Shown: positions 1-9,557 of the stretch, in pieces
Layout of the letters: every line of letters begins with the position of its first letter
Position numbering within the stretch: the first letter of the stretch is position 1
Origin: Myxococcota bacterium
GTDB lineage: Bacteria; Myxococcota_A; UBA9160; JAFDDA01
Direction: 5' to 3'
Assembly: GCA_965228475.1 (NCBI GenBank)
Contig: OZ245817.1
Coordinates: 2,112,001 to 2,176,000, forward strand
Length of the DNA: 64,000 nucleotides
Program-made: the position numbers and the translations under genes
Notes under the pieces: generated by a model
What the model was told of the DNA's origin: nothing
The model's input: the letters and a program-made list of their open reading frames with translations, nothing else
Database searches by the model: none

Positions 1-2
1 TC

Positions 3-992
3 GACGCGCCCGCCGCGCACGAACACGCTGTGGCGGAAGAGATCCCCGAGGTAGTGGTCCGGGTGCGGGTTCTCGCGTCCGCCGAGGCGCGTGCGGAGGC
101 TTGCGAAGGCGACGCCGCACAGGGCGGCGAGGTCCACCGCGGCGGCGTAGAGCAGGCCGTGGTTCTTCAGCCAGTAGCGTCGCCGGGATTCGAACCAATA
201 GTCGGGTAGCCGCGGATGGTCGCTCTCGCGCCGGTCGATCCCGGAGCTCTGGGCCGCGATGTGCGCGACGCGGCTCTCGGCGACGTACCAGCACGGGTAG
301 CCGGCGAGCCGCGCGCGGCGGCACAGGTCGACCTCCTCGAAGTACATGAAGAAGCCTTCGTCGAGCAGGCCGACCTCTTCGAGCACCTCGCGGCGGATCA
401 TCATGCTCGCGCCGGCGACCCAGTCGATCGGGTGCGTCTCGGGCACGAGGGGCGGGGCGATCTGCCAGCGGGCGAGGAGCCGGGAGACCACGCCGAGGCC
501 GATCGCGCCATCTAACTCGTTCTGGAGCGAGGGAAAGCGGTAGCGCGAGTGGTGCTGGGTCCCGTCGGCGTCCTCGAGCCGGCTGCCCGCGATGCCGACG
601 TCGCCGTGGGCCTCGAGGAACTCGAAGAGCGCCTGGCCCGCGCCGGGCCGGGGGATCGTGTCGGGGTTCAGGATCCACACGTAGCGGTAGGGCTCGGCGG
701 CCAGGGCCGGGCGGATCGCGAAGTTGTTCCCCGCGGCGAAGCCGCCGTTGTGGGGCGAGCGCTCGAGCTTCGCCCAGGCTCCGAACCCCTCGGCCTCGAT
801 GGCCGCCTCGATGCGTTCGGCCGAGCCGTCCCCGGAGTCGTTGTCGACGACGACGGCACGGCAGCCGGGCTGGCCCGGGATCTGCGCCGCCAGCTCGCGC
901 AGGCAGCCGAGGGCGAGGTCCGCGACGCGGTAGTTCAGGATGACGACGAGGACGTCGCGCAGGGATGCCGGCCCGCGCGCGGTGTCTTCCAT
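3..992 (-). CDS. Glycosyltransferase family 2 (WbbL/WsaE-like), 3' end runs off the window
   Basis: Not in ORF track. Manual translation from ATG 992: MEDTARGPASLRDVLVVILNYR...VVVDNDSGDGS...NGGFAAGNN...LNPDT...DWVAGASMMIRREVLEEVGLLDEGFFMYFEEVDLC. Confidence 0.9.
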   Translation of the reverse strand, partial: MEDTARGPASLRDVLVVILNYRVADLALGCLRELAAQIPGQPGCRAVVVDNDSGDGSAERIEAAIEAEGFGAWAKLERSPHNGGFAAGNNFAIRPALAAEPYRYVWILNPDTIPRPGAGQALFEFLEAHGDVGIAGSRLEDADGTQHHSRYRFPSLQNELDGAIGLGVVSRLLARWQIAPPLVPETHPIDWVAGASMMIRREVLEEVGLLDEGFFMYFEEVDLCRRARLAGYPCWYVAESRVAHIAAQSSGIDRRESDHPRLPDYWFESRRRYWLKNHGLLYAAAVDLAALCGVAFASLRTRLGGRENPHPDHYLGDLFRHSVFVRGGRV

Positions 993-1000
993 GGGCTCCG

Positions 1001-2131
1001 TCACCCGAGCAGCATCGGGCCGTGGCCGTCCATGTTCGTGAGGTGGAGCCCGGCGAGGCCTTCTTCGTTCGGGCCGAAGCGCTCGCGCAGGGCGGGGGAG
1101 GCCGCGAAGAAGCGGCGATCCTGGACCAGGGCGAAGCCGTGGGCCGCGAAGCCGTCGAGCCAGGCGGGGTGGGACTGGTTCGACATGATGAGGTCGACGC
1201 CGCGGGCCCGGAGGAAGCGGTAGGCGGCGCCCACCACGGCCTCGGCGTGCTCGGGGAGGGCGAGCCCGTCGACGATCGAGCCGACCCGGCAGTTGCCGAA
1301 GCGCCGGTCGCTCTCCATCTGCTTGTCGAGCACGACGGCGAAGCCGAGCGTCTCGCCGCCCCGGGTCACGCGCAGCCGGAGCCCCGGAGGCCAGCCGACC
1401 TCGGGCACGAGCAGGTTCATGGTCGCCGCGTCCCGTTGGGCGATGCCGTAGTAGGCCGGCGCGCAGCGCTCCCAGAGATCGTCGGCCCAGCTCCCGAACT
1501 CGGGCACGAGCTCCGCTTCCGCTGCCGCCGAGCGCCGTCCGCGCAGGGCGAGGCCGGCGTGCATCGCCCGGAGCCCGATCGCGCCCGCGCCGCTGAAGGC
1601 CAGGGCGTCGAGCGCGAGCCGCCGCGCGGGGCTGGTGCGGAGGTAGGTGTTGTGGCGCAGGAAGCGGGCCGGTCGCAGGACGCGCAGGCAGAAGGGCGTC
1701 GGGTGGATCAGCCAGCCGAGGCGCCGGAGCATCTCGAGCATGGGCTGTTCGAGCCCGCCGTGGCCCCAGCTGTAGAGCAGCGGGTACTGCTTCTGCATCT
1801 CGCGCATCAGGCGTATGCCGAGCGTGGCGAACTTCCGGGAGAGGACCCCTTCGGTGATCGGGCCCTGCCAGTCCGCCACGACGTCGGTCTCGCCGCCGAG
1901 GCGCCAGGTGTGGGGCTTCAGCGCGTAGCCGCCGCGAACGAAGGGCTCGCTGCCGCCTTCCTCGACGGCGAGGTAGTACTCGCGCCAGGTGTGCTCGCCG
2001 CGCTTCGGGAGCCACTCGTCGACGGGGCTCTCGTACCAGCGCCAGTGGGTACCGCCCGCTTCCATGCGGCGGTTGAAGTCTCGAACGCGGGGGATCCACT
2101 CCTCCGTGTAGGGGACGACCTGGGTTCGCAT
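1001..2131 (-). CDS. GNAT/FemAB-fold acyltransferase-like protein
   Basis: ORF 1001..2170 trimmed to ATG 2131 (MRTQVVPY). Two GNAT-like halves (REYYLAVEE..VRGGYAL; GETLGFAVV..GSIVDGL); lies in a polysaccharide operon. Confidence 0.55.
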   Translation of the reverse strand: MRTQVVPYTEEWIPRVRDFNRRMEAGGTHWRWYESPVDEWLPKRGEHTWREYYLAVEEGGSEPFVRGGYALKPHTWRLGGETDVVADWQGPITEGVLSRKFATLGIRLMREMQKQYPLLYSWGHGGLEQPMLEMLRRLGWLIHPTPFCLRVLRPARFLRHNTYLRTSPARRLALDALAFSGAGAIGLRAMHAGLALRGRRSAAAEAELVPEFGSWADDLWERCAPAYYGIAQRDAATMNLLVPEVGWPPGLRLRVTRGGETLGFAVVLDKQMESDRRFGNCRVGSIVDGLALPEHAEAVVGAAYRFLRARGVDLIMSNQSHPAWLDGFAAHGFALVQDRRFFAASPALRERFGPNEEGLAGLHLTNMDGHGPMLLG

Positions 2132-2251
2132 CTTGGGCGGGCCTCTCCGAAAGGTTCGCAACGATAGCAACCGGCCGCGGACCGAGCCGGGCCTCGGCCG
2201 GCGCTCCGCGCTCTCGTCAGGTTCGCGGCTGCGGCTCTTCCCCGTTTCGGC

Positions 2252-3718
2252 TCAACGGCGTGCGGTCCGAAGCCCGAGCCAGCCGACGTAGAGCGCGAGG
2301 GGGGCCAGCGCGACGAGACCGAGGAGGCCGAGACACCAGGGTGCATCCGGAAGCGCGAGGGCTCGCGCCGCGGCGGCGGCGCCGGGGATCGCCAGGGCGG
2401 CGAAGGCGGCGCCGAGCAGCGTGAAGCCCGCGTCGCGTAGCAGTGTCGGAACACCCCCGCAAGCGATCTTCAGCGCCACGAAGAGGTACCCGCAGGCCGC
2501 GCCCGCGCCGGCGCCGACGATCAGGCCCGGCAGGCCGCCGGCGAGGAAGCCGAGCCAGCATCCCGCCGCGCTCGCCACGGTCTTCACGATGTTCGAGAAC
2601 GCCCAGCTGCGCGAATCGCCCCAGGCGAGCAGCACACGGCCCGCGGACTCCTGGAGGAAGGTGAACCAGACCGGAAGGAGGGCGAGCTGGGCGATCCAGC
2701 CCGCGTCGTGATAGCGGGCGTCGTAGAGGTAGAAGAAGAACGAGGGGGAGACCACGGCCAGCCCGAGCGTGGCCAGCAGGCCGAGGGGCAGCATCAGGGA
2801 GCGGGCCCGGTCGAAGTTCTCGGCCAGGCGGGTCTCGCCCCCGCGGTAGGACTCCGAGAGGGCCGGCATCAGCACGTTCTGGATGAGGCGCCCCGAGACC
2901 TGGCCGAGCAGGAGCGGGAGCATGATGGCGATGCTGTAGACCCCGAGCGTCGCGATCGGCAGGAGCTTCCCGAGCAGAACGACGTCGATGCGGAGCGCCA
3001 GGAAGGTGAAGAGCACGGCGACGAAGATCCACTTGCCGAAGGCGAAGAGCTCGCGCGCGGCGTCGCGGTCCCAGGCGAGGCGATCGCGTTCGCCCGGCAG
3101 CAGCGTGTGGCTGAGCAACACGCGGACGGAGACGCCGACCAGGCCGCCCACCACCAGCGCCCAGACCGAGCGCGTCCACCAGGCGACGAGGCACATCACC
3201 ACGACGGCGACGGCCCGTTCGGTGGCCTCGATCGCGGTCACCCGTCCGAGGTGCAGCCGCCGCGTCTCGAGCGCGAGGCGCATGGATTGGAAGCCGAGGA
3301 TCACCGCCGCGAAGGTCACGGCGGGGACGATGGCCACGAGCTCGGGCTGCTCGTAGATCCGCGCGAGGGGGACCGCCGCGGCGAGGGCCACGAGCCAGAT
3401 CAGGCCGCCGCGCGCGGCCTCGATCGTCCACGCCGTGTTGCGGAAGACGCGCTCTTCGCCCCGGGGATGCCGGATGATGGCCGGCTGGATCCCGACGCTC
3501 GACATGAGCTGGAGGCCGGTGAGCAAGAGGTTCGCGAGGGCCATGAGTCCGAAGGCCTCGGGGAACAGGAGCCGCGACAGGATGACGTTGCCCGCGAGGC
3601 GGAGCCCCTGCTCCGCGCCGAGGCCGATCACGCTGGCGACCGCGCCGCGGGCGGCGCGCGTGCCGAGGGCGCCCTTGGCGGGTTCGTTCTCCGCGGGGGC
3701 TTGGGGATCGCTACCCAC
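2252..3718 (-). CDS. wzx: Oligosaccharide flippase (Wzx family)
   Basis: About 12 hydrophobic segments; ILSRLLFPEAFGLMAL and ELFAFGKW..RIDVVLLGKLL..LGVYSIA motifs. Confidence 0.9.
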   Translation of the reverse strand: MGSDPQAPAENEPAKGALGTRAARGAVASVIGLGAEQGLRLAGNVILSRLLFPEAFGLMALANLLLTGLQLMSSVGIQPAIIRHPRGEERVFRNTAWTIEAARGGLIWLVALAAAVPLARIYEQPELVAIVPAVTFAAVILGFQSMRLALETRRLHLGRVTAIEATERAVAVVVMCLVAWWTRSVWALVVGGLVGVSVRVLLSHTLLPGERDRLAWDRDAARELFAFGKWIFVAVLFTFLALRIDVVLLGKLLPIATLGVYSIAIMLPLLLGQVSGRLIQNVLMPALSESYRGGETRLAENFDRARSLMLPLGLLATLGLAVVSPSFFFYLYDARYHDAGWIAQLALLPVWFTFLQESAGRVLLAWGDSRSWAFSNIVKTVASAAGCWLGFLAGGLPGLIVGAGAGAACGYLFVALKIACGGVPTLLRDAGFTLLGAAFAALAIPGAAAAARALALPDAPWCLGLLGLVALAPLALYVGWLGLRTARR

Positions 3719-3757
3719 GAGGAAGACGCGCCGGCCGCGGGGCGTGGGAACCGGGCA

Positions 3758-5353
3758 CTAGCTGGCCTCGAGCATCGCGCGAAGGGCTTTGCGGTCGACC
3801 TTCCCGTTGGCGTTCAGGGGGAACTCGGCGACCTCGCGGATCTCACGCGGTGCCATGTAGGCCGGCAGCCGGGCCCGGGCGGTCTTGAGGAGCGCGCCGG
3901 TGTCGATCCCGGAGCCGACGAAGGCGACCACGCCGTCCGCGCCTGCCGCGTTGACGGGCCAGCCGACGGCGATCGCGGTGTCCGTGCCCGCGAGGTCCCG
4001 CAGCAGTGCCTCGACTTCGCCGAGCTCGACGCGATAGCCCTGGATCTTGATCTGGTGGTCGGCGCGGCCCAGGTATTTGATCGGTTCGTCCCCGAGCGGC
4101 CGCCGAACGCGGTCGCCGGTGCGATAGAAGACCCGGTCTTCGCCCGGCGGCTCGAGGAACGCCGCCGCGGTCTTCTCCGCATCCCGCCAGTAGCCGGGTG
4201 TGAGCTGGGGCCCGGTCATCAAGAGCTCTCCGGACTCGCCGGGCTCGACCTCGTGCAGCGCCTCGTCGACCACGCGCACCTCCATGCCGGGGTAGGGCGC
4301 GCCGATCGGGACGAGGCCCTGCTCGCACTCGGCCGGCGAGCTCACCGGGTCGAAGCGGTAGAGCGTACAGGCGATCGTGAGTTCCGTCGGGCCGTAGAGG
4401 TTCTCGAGCGTGGCGCCCGGAGCCGCTTCGGCGAAGGCCGTCGCGAGATCGGCGGGCAGCGCCTCGCCGCAGAAGAGCGCCCAGCGCAGCGATGGGAAGG
4501 CGCCGGGCGTGAGCTTCCGGAGCTTGTTCAGGACGGCGGCGGTCGAGGGGACGGAGAACCAGACCGTCGGCTTCGCGGCGGCGACGTAGGAGGCGGGCAT
4601 CATCTTCTGTCCGGCCGTCGGGCAGCACACGCAGCCGCCGCACTGCCAGGCCAGGAACATGTCGAACACCGAGAGGTCGAAGGTCAGGTCGAAGAGCTGC
4701 GTGAAGCGGTCCTCCTCGGTCACGCCGTAGCGCTCGGCCATGACGTCGAGGAAGTGTTCGGCGTTGCGGTGCGCCACCATCACGCCCTTCGGGATGCCCG
4801 TGCTCCCCGAGGTGAACAACAGGTAGGCGACGTCGTCGGGGGTGGCTGGACGCGGTTCGAAGCCCGCGCCGGAGGCGAGCTCGGCGGCGCCGAGGAAGCG
4901 GTGGCCGGGGAACCGGGCCGCGAGCGGGGCGAGCGTCTCGGCGTCGGCCTCGGGCGCCAGGATGCAGCGCGGCTCGGAGACGCCCTCGAGCACGTCGCCG
5001 AGGAGCTTCAGTCCGGCCGCGTCGACGATCACGCTCCGGCAGTCCGAGCGCTCGAGCATCGTGCGCGTGCGGTCGGCCGGGAACTGCGGGTTCAGCGGTA
5101 CGTAGCCGTGGCCGCGGAAGAGCGCTGCGAGGATGCCGGCGTAGGCGGTGACCGAGCGGTGGGCGAACACGGCGGTCAGCCGCTCGGGCTCGAGGGCGCC
5201 GGCGGCTTCGAGGGTCGCTGCCAGCCGGCGCGCGCGGTCGTCGAGAGCCGCGTAGGCGATGGGCTCGCCATCGACCTCGAGGGCCGGGCGGTCCGGGAAC
5301 CGGTCGCGGGATGCCAGGAAACCCGAGCGAAGCGTGCGCGTCGATTCGCTCAT
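3758..5353 (-). CDS. Stand-alone amino acid adenylation enzyme (DltA-like)
   Basis: ATG 5353 (MSESTRT). YLLFTSGSTGIPKGV, FDLSV, LFCGE, NLYGPTE, YRTGD, GYRVELGEVE and NGKVDRKAL core motifs. Confidence 0.92.
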   Translation of the reverse strand: MSESTRTLRSGFLASRDRFPDRPALEVDGEPIAYAALDDRARRLAATLEAAGALEPERLTAVFAHRSVTAYAGILAALFRGHGYVPLNPQFPADRTRTMLERSDCRSVIVDAAGLKLLGDVLEGVSEPRCILAPEADAETLAPLAARFPGHRFLGAAELASGAGFEPRPATPDDVAYLLFTSGSTGIPKGVMVAHRNAEHFLDVMAERYGVTEEDRFTQLFDLTFDLSVFDMFLAWQCGGCVCCPTAGQKMMPASYVAAAKPTVWFSVPSTAAVLNKLRKLTPGAFPSLRWALFCGEALPADLATAFAEAAPGATLENLYGPTELTIACTLYRFDPVSSPAECEQGLVPIGAPYPGMEVRVVDEALHEVEPGESGELLMTGPQLTPGYWRDAEKTAAAFLEPPGEDRVFYRTGDRVRRPLGDEPIKYLGRADHQIKIQGYRVELGEVEALLRDLAGTDTAIAVGWPVNAAGADGVVAFVGSGIDTGALLKTARARLPAYMAPREIREVAEFPLNANGKVDRKALRAMLEAS

Positions 5354-5358
5354 GGGGT

Positions 5359-5604
5359 CTATTGGACGAAGAAGGTCTGGTAGAGCGTGTTCACGTCCTG
5401 GAGCGACTCGGGCTCGATCGCCTCGACGTCGACCTCCTCGCCGAGCAGGCTCTCGATGAATACGATCAGCTCGACCACGTCGAGGGAGGACAGGAGGCCC
5501 GACTCGAGAATCGGCGTCTCGTCGTCGAGCCCCGCGGCGTCCGCCTGGGCGCGGTCGAGGATCCAGCTCCGGAGCTGCTCCTTGATTTTCGCTTCTTCCG
5601 TCAG
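5359..5604 (-). CDS. Acyl/aminoacyl carrier protein (DltC-like), probable CTG start
   Basis: Not in ORF track. 81 aa: MTEEAKIKEQLRSWILDRAQADAAGLDDETPILESGLLSSLDVVELIVFIESLLGEEVDVEAIEPESLQDVNTLYQTFFVQ. Acidic, with GLLSSLDVVEL pantetheine-site-like motif. Confidence 0.88.
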   Translation of the reverse strand: MTEEAKIKEQLRSWILDRAQADAAGLDDETPILESGLLSSLDVVELIVFIESLLGEEVDVEAIEPESLQDVNTLYQTFFVQ

Positions 5605-6476
5605 AGCGCCGGGACCTCGTCGAGAATGCCCGTCTCGAGGAAGTAGTCGACGAGCTTCTTCGAGGCGCGGGCGCGCTGCTCACGGCAGGGCTCGGCCTCG
5701 AGGGCGAACTTGCGGGCCTCGTAGCCGTCGGGCACGCCCGCGTCCTTGTAGACGGCCGGGTTGTAGAAGTCGGCCCAGGAGGCGCGCAGGTAGTTCACCA
5801 GCCACTCGCGGAGGCCTTCGAGGGTTCCCTCGGGCCACTTCGGCGAGTACTCGTCGAACATCTCCTTGAGGAGCTGGCGTCCGAAGACGATGTGGCGCGC
5901 TTCGTCCCGATGATGGAAGCGGTTCACCTCCTGGACGATCTGCGGCAGGCGGTCGTCGTAGGACAGGGCGACGTTGTAGTAGTCGCCGAGCTCCTCGATC
6001 ACGAGCACCTTGATGAAGAAGACGACGTCCTCTTCGCCCTTCGCGTACTTGCGCGGGAGGGCGAGCTTCTTCAGCGGGTACACCTTGCCGGCGTAGCGGT
6101 TGCAGAACATGGCGAACATGACCATGTGCCGGTTCTCTTCGCCGAGGAAGTGGTGGATGTACTCGGTCACGTCCGCGTTCTGGCGCGAATACATCTGGTT
6201 GCACAGGCCCTGGACGAGCGGGCGCTCGCCGTGGAGCGTGAGGCTGAAGAAGTTCGCGAGCTCGTAGAGGCTCAGGCGGCGCCGGGTGGGTTCGTCCAGG
6301 GCATCCCAGGCCGGGGTGCCGTAGAGCGAGATCAGCTCCGGGGGCATGCAGTAGAGCTCGGGATCGAGCTTCTCGGGCCAATCGAACGCCGTGTAGACGT
6401 CCCAGGTCTTCTTGACGGAGGCAACGGAGAGCCGCGCGGCGAGGTCCGTTGCGGCTTCCTGGGTGACGAGTCCCAT
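5601..6476 (-). CDS. AurF-family ferritin-like diiron N-oxygenase
   Basis: FDWP..PELISLYGTPAWDAL N-terminus; EENRH, IEE and DEARH diiron ligand motifs. Confidence 0.85.
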   Translation of the reverse strand: MGLVTQEAATDLAARLSVASVKKTWDVYTAFDWPEKLDPELYCMPPELISLYGTPAWDALDEPTRRRLSLYELANFFSLTLHGERPLVQGLCNQMYSRQNADVTEYIHHFLGEENRHMVMFAMFCNRYAGKVYPLKKLALPRKYAKGEEDVVFFIKVLVIEELGDYYNVALSYDDRLPQIVQEVNRFHHRDEARHIVFGRQLLKEMFDEYSPKWPEGTLEGLREWLVNYLRASWADFYNPAVYKDAGVPDGYEARKFALEAEPCREQRARASKKLVDYFLETGILDEVPAL

Positions 6477-6755
6477 GAAATCGACCTTCCCAGGCCCCGT
6501 TCGGGCCTGCGAGCGCAGGCCGGTGGAGCCTGCGGGTGAGTGCCCCTTTCGGGCACTTCGGTGAATGTCTTTCTCGACGAATCGGCATGCTAGCGCGCAG
6601 CTTTTCGATGAAAACGTCGTTCCCGCGGCAAGCCACCGGCAGCAAGGGGGAAAAACGCCGGCCGGTGCCGGGTTTCGCGGCCGTCTCGGTTACCTTCGGG
6701 CAGCTCCGATGCACCCACGGCAGAGGCCCGGCACCGTCCGTCCACGCACGCATCC

Positions 6756-8522
6756 ATGGCAGAGATCTTCGGCATCGTCAGCACGGGCGCGCTCACGCCC
6801 GAGGACCGGGCCGCCTTCGAGGCGCTCGCGGCGGAGTTCCCCGTCGGCGCCGGGGGGCGGGTCGAGCGCCAGGAAGGGCAGGCCGCCCTGGTTGGCGTGG
6901 TGTCCCATCACGCGGCGGACCCGGTCGGTGTGGCTTCGGGCCACGAGCCGGCTGCGGCCTGGTTGGGTCTTCCCGGGGGCGAGGCGGGCAAGCCGCCCTC
7001 CTGGCTGGCCCATCACTCGGGTGCCCCGGCACGCTGGGAGGCGAGGGCCCCCTGGCTCGCATGCCTGATCCCTGCGGCGCGGCCCGAGGCGCGGGTCGTC
7101 GGCGACCCCTTCGGTCTCTCCCCGCTCTATTGGCGAGCCGACGGCGCGCGGGTGCTGTTCGCTTCCCGGGTGGCGCCGCTGCTGCGGGCCTCCGGCAGCA
7201 GCTGGCGCCTCGACCGAGCCGCCCTCCACGACCTGCTCGTCTACGAGCACGTCACCGGGCACCGGACCCTCGCCGAGGAGGTCCGCGTGCTCGCACCCGG
7301 GGCGTTCCTCGAGATCGCCAAGGGGCGCGTGCGCGAGCGGCGCTATTCGGACGGCCCCGTCGCGCCCTTGCCGGGCCAGGGCCTCGGGAACTCAGCCGTC
7401 GCCGAGGCGCTCGGGGTCGAACTCGGCGGCGCGGTGGCACGCGCCGTCGACGGCGTCGACCGCGTGGCGATAACGCTCTCGGGCGGGCTCGATTCCCGCG
7501 CGCTGCTCGGGTTCGCAGCAGACGCAGGGGCGAGCCTCCGCGCCTACACCTTCGGGGTTCCGGGTTCGCGGGACGTGAAGCTCGCCGCCGAGCTCGCCGC
7601 CGCCCGGGGCGTGCCCCACGAAGTGCTCACCATCGAGCCTTCGTTCCTCCCCGAACAGCTCGAGCACGCCGTCGACGTCACGGGCGGGATGGTCGGCGCG
7701 GCCCACTTCCACATCCTCTCGCTGGTCGATCTCGTGGCCGAGCGGGCTGACGCGGTGCTCGACGGCCTGGGTGGGGATGCCTTCACGGGAGCCCATCTCG
7801 GCTGGGGCATGTTCGCGACGCGCTCCTCGGCGCGCGTGGCCGAGCTCGTGCAGGCTCAGCGGGCGACCGGCTTCGCCGACGGCACCGCGCGCAACGCCCT
7901 GCTCGAGCCGGACTGGGCGTTGCCCCCGGGCGAGACCGCCGATGCCACGCGCCGTCACGCGGACCCGTCCGCCCAGGCCTGGTGGACGGCGCACCGCTTC
8001 GACCTGCTCGAGCGGCAGCGCCGCTTCATCCAGTTCGGCCCGCACCTGTTTCGCGCGAGGATCGACGTGCGGACGCCCTTCTACGATCGGGCGGTCGTGG
8101 ATCTGCTGCTTCGCGCGAGGGCCGACGCGCTGTTCGAGCAGCGGGCCTACCGGTGCATGCACGCTGCCTGCCTGCCGGACCTCGCCGCCGTGGACGAGGC
8201 GGGGCGAGGCCTGCCGGTCGGCGCCTCGACGGCGCGGCGCATGGCCCGGCGCATCGAGGACGGGTTGCGCCGACGGGTCCCCGGCGGCTCGCACGCGCCG
8301 AGCACGCTCCCGACCGACTATCCGGCCTGGCTTCGCGGCCCGCTGCGCGCGTTCATCGAGGAACGCCTCCTCGACGGACACGGCCCGCTGGAAGGCATCG
8401 TCCGGCGCGCGGCCATCGAGCAGCTGATCCGCGATCATGCGGACGGCCGCGACCACACGGCACGGCTGTGCGTCCTGCTTTCGCTCTCGACCTGGCTCCG
8501 GCGCGCGGGGCGCCCCTCGTGA
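6756..8522 (+). CDS. Asparagine synthetase-like ATP-dependent amide ligase lacking the N-terminal Cys
   Basis: DPFGLSPLYW, TLSGGLDSR PP-loop, DGLGGD, RTPFYD; begins MAEIFG rather than MCG. Confidence 0.8.
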   Translation: MAEIFGIVSTGALTPEDRAAFEALAAEFPVGAGGRVERQEGQAALVGVVSHHAADPVGVASGHEPAAAWLGLPGGEAGKPPSWLAHHSGAPARWEARAPWLACLIPAARPEARVVGDPFGLSPLYWRADGARVLFASRVAPLLRASGSSWRLDRAALHDLLVYEHVTGHRTLAEEVRVLAPGAFLEIAKGRVRERRYSDGPVAPLPGQGLGNSAVAEALGVELGGAVARAVDGVDRVAITLSGGLDSRALLGFAADAGASLRAYTFGVPGSRDVKLAAELAAARGVPHEVLTIEPSFLPEQLEHAVDVTGGMVGAAHFHILSLVDLVAERADAVLDGLGGDAFTGAHLGWGMFATRSSARVAELVQAQRATGFADGTARNALLEPDWALPPGETADATRRHADPSAQAWWTAHRFDLLERQRRFIQFGPHLFRARIDVRTPFYDRAVVDLLLRARADALFEQRAYRCMHAACLPDLAAVDEAGRGLPVGASTARRMARRIEDGLRRRVPGGSHAPSTLPTDYPAWLRGPLRAFIEERLLDGHGPLEGIVRRAAIEQLIRDHADGRDHTARLCVLLSLSTWLRRAGRPS

Positions 8523-9538
8523 CCGGGGCCACGGGCATCGGCGCGATCGCGATCGGACGCAACGAGGGCGCGCGGCTCGAGCGCTGCCTCGATTCCCTGG
8601 TCGGCGTCGCGGACGTCGTGGTCTACGTCGACAGCGGTTCGACCGACGGCTCCCGGGAGCGGGCGCGGGCCCGGGGCGTTCACGTGGTGGAGCTTCCGAA
8701 GGGGACCGGCTTCACCGCCGGCCGGGCGCGCAACCTCGGCTTCGAGACCCTCCGCGCGCAGGCGCCCGATCTCGCCTTCGTCCAGTTCGTCGACGGGGAC
8801 TGCGAGGTCGTCCCCGGCTGGCTCGGGGACGCGAAGGCGCACCTCGAAGCGCATCCCGAGGTGGCGGTCGTCTGCGGGCGCCGGCGCGAGCGCGCGCCCG
8901 AAGCCACGCCCTACAACCGGATCACCGACATGGAGTGGAACACGCCGATCGGCGAGCGGGACGATTGCGGGGGCGACGCACTCTTTCGCGCCGGGGTGTT
9001 CGCCGCCGCCGGAGGCTTTGACCCGAACCTGATCGCCGGCGAAGAGCCCGAGCTCTGTCTCCGGATCCGCCGCGAGGGCCACCGGATCCACCGCATCGAC
9101 CGGGACATGACGCTCCACGACGCGGACCTCCGGTACTTCGGGCAGTGGTGGCGGCGCCAGGTGCGGTCCGGGCACGCCTACGTCGAGTCGGTGCATCTCC
9201 ACGGCGGCAGCGAGGACCGCTTCTTCGTGCGCAACCTGGTCTCCATCGGGGCCTGGGCGCTCGCGCCCCCGGCGCTCGCGCTGCTCGGCGTGCTGTTCTT
9301 CGGGTGGCCCGGGCTCCTGCCGCTCGGGCTCTACGCGGTGCTGGCCGCGCGGGTGTTCCGGGCCAGGCGTCGCCTCGAGGATCCGGCGGGGCACGCCGCG
9401 CTCTACGCGGCTTCCGTCGTCGTCGGCAAGTGGGCCGAGTTCCAAGGCACCGTCACCTACGCCTGGAACCGCTTCGTGCGCGGCCGCCGGACCGGGCTGC
9501 TCGAGTACAAGGGGCCGGACGAGCCGTCGTCTTCCTGA
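8519..9538 (+). CDS. Glycosyltransferase family 2
   Basis: GTG 8519 overlaps the upstream TGA. IGRNEGARLERCL, YVDSGSTDGS, FVDGDC, AGEEPELC, C-terminal TM helices. Confidence 0.9.
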   Translation: MTGATGIGAIAIGRNEGARLERCLDSLVGVADVVVYVDSGSTDGSRERARARGVHVVELPKGTGFTAGRARNLGFETLRAQAPDLAFVQFVDGDCEVVPGWLGDAKAHLEAHPEVAVVCGRRRERAPEATPYNRITDMEWNTPIGERDDCGGDALFRAGVFAAAGGFDPNLIAGEEPELCLRIRREGHRIHRIDRDMTLHDADLRYFGQWWRRQVRSGHAYVESVHLHGGSEDRFFVRNLVSIGAWALAPPALALLGVLFFGWPGLLPLGLYAVLAARVFRARRRLEDPAGHAALYAASVVVGKWAEFQGTVTYAWNRFVRGRRTGLLEYKGPDEPSSS

Positions 9539-9557
9539 CGTCCGCGTCTCCGGCCGG

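Noticed and set aside
3758..6476. Canonical dlt operon or NRPS cluster
   Set aside because: No DltB/DltD, condensation or thioesterase domain; the context is a Wzx/Wzy polysaccharide locus.
6756..8522. Lasso peptide cyclase
   Set aside because: No precursor, B1/B2 peptidase or RRE seen nearby; it is coupled to a glycosyltransferase.
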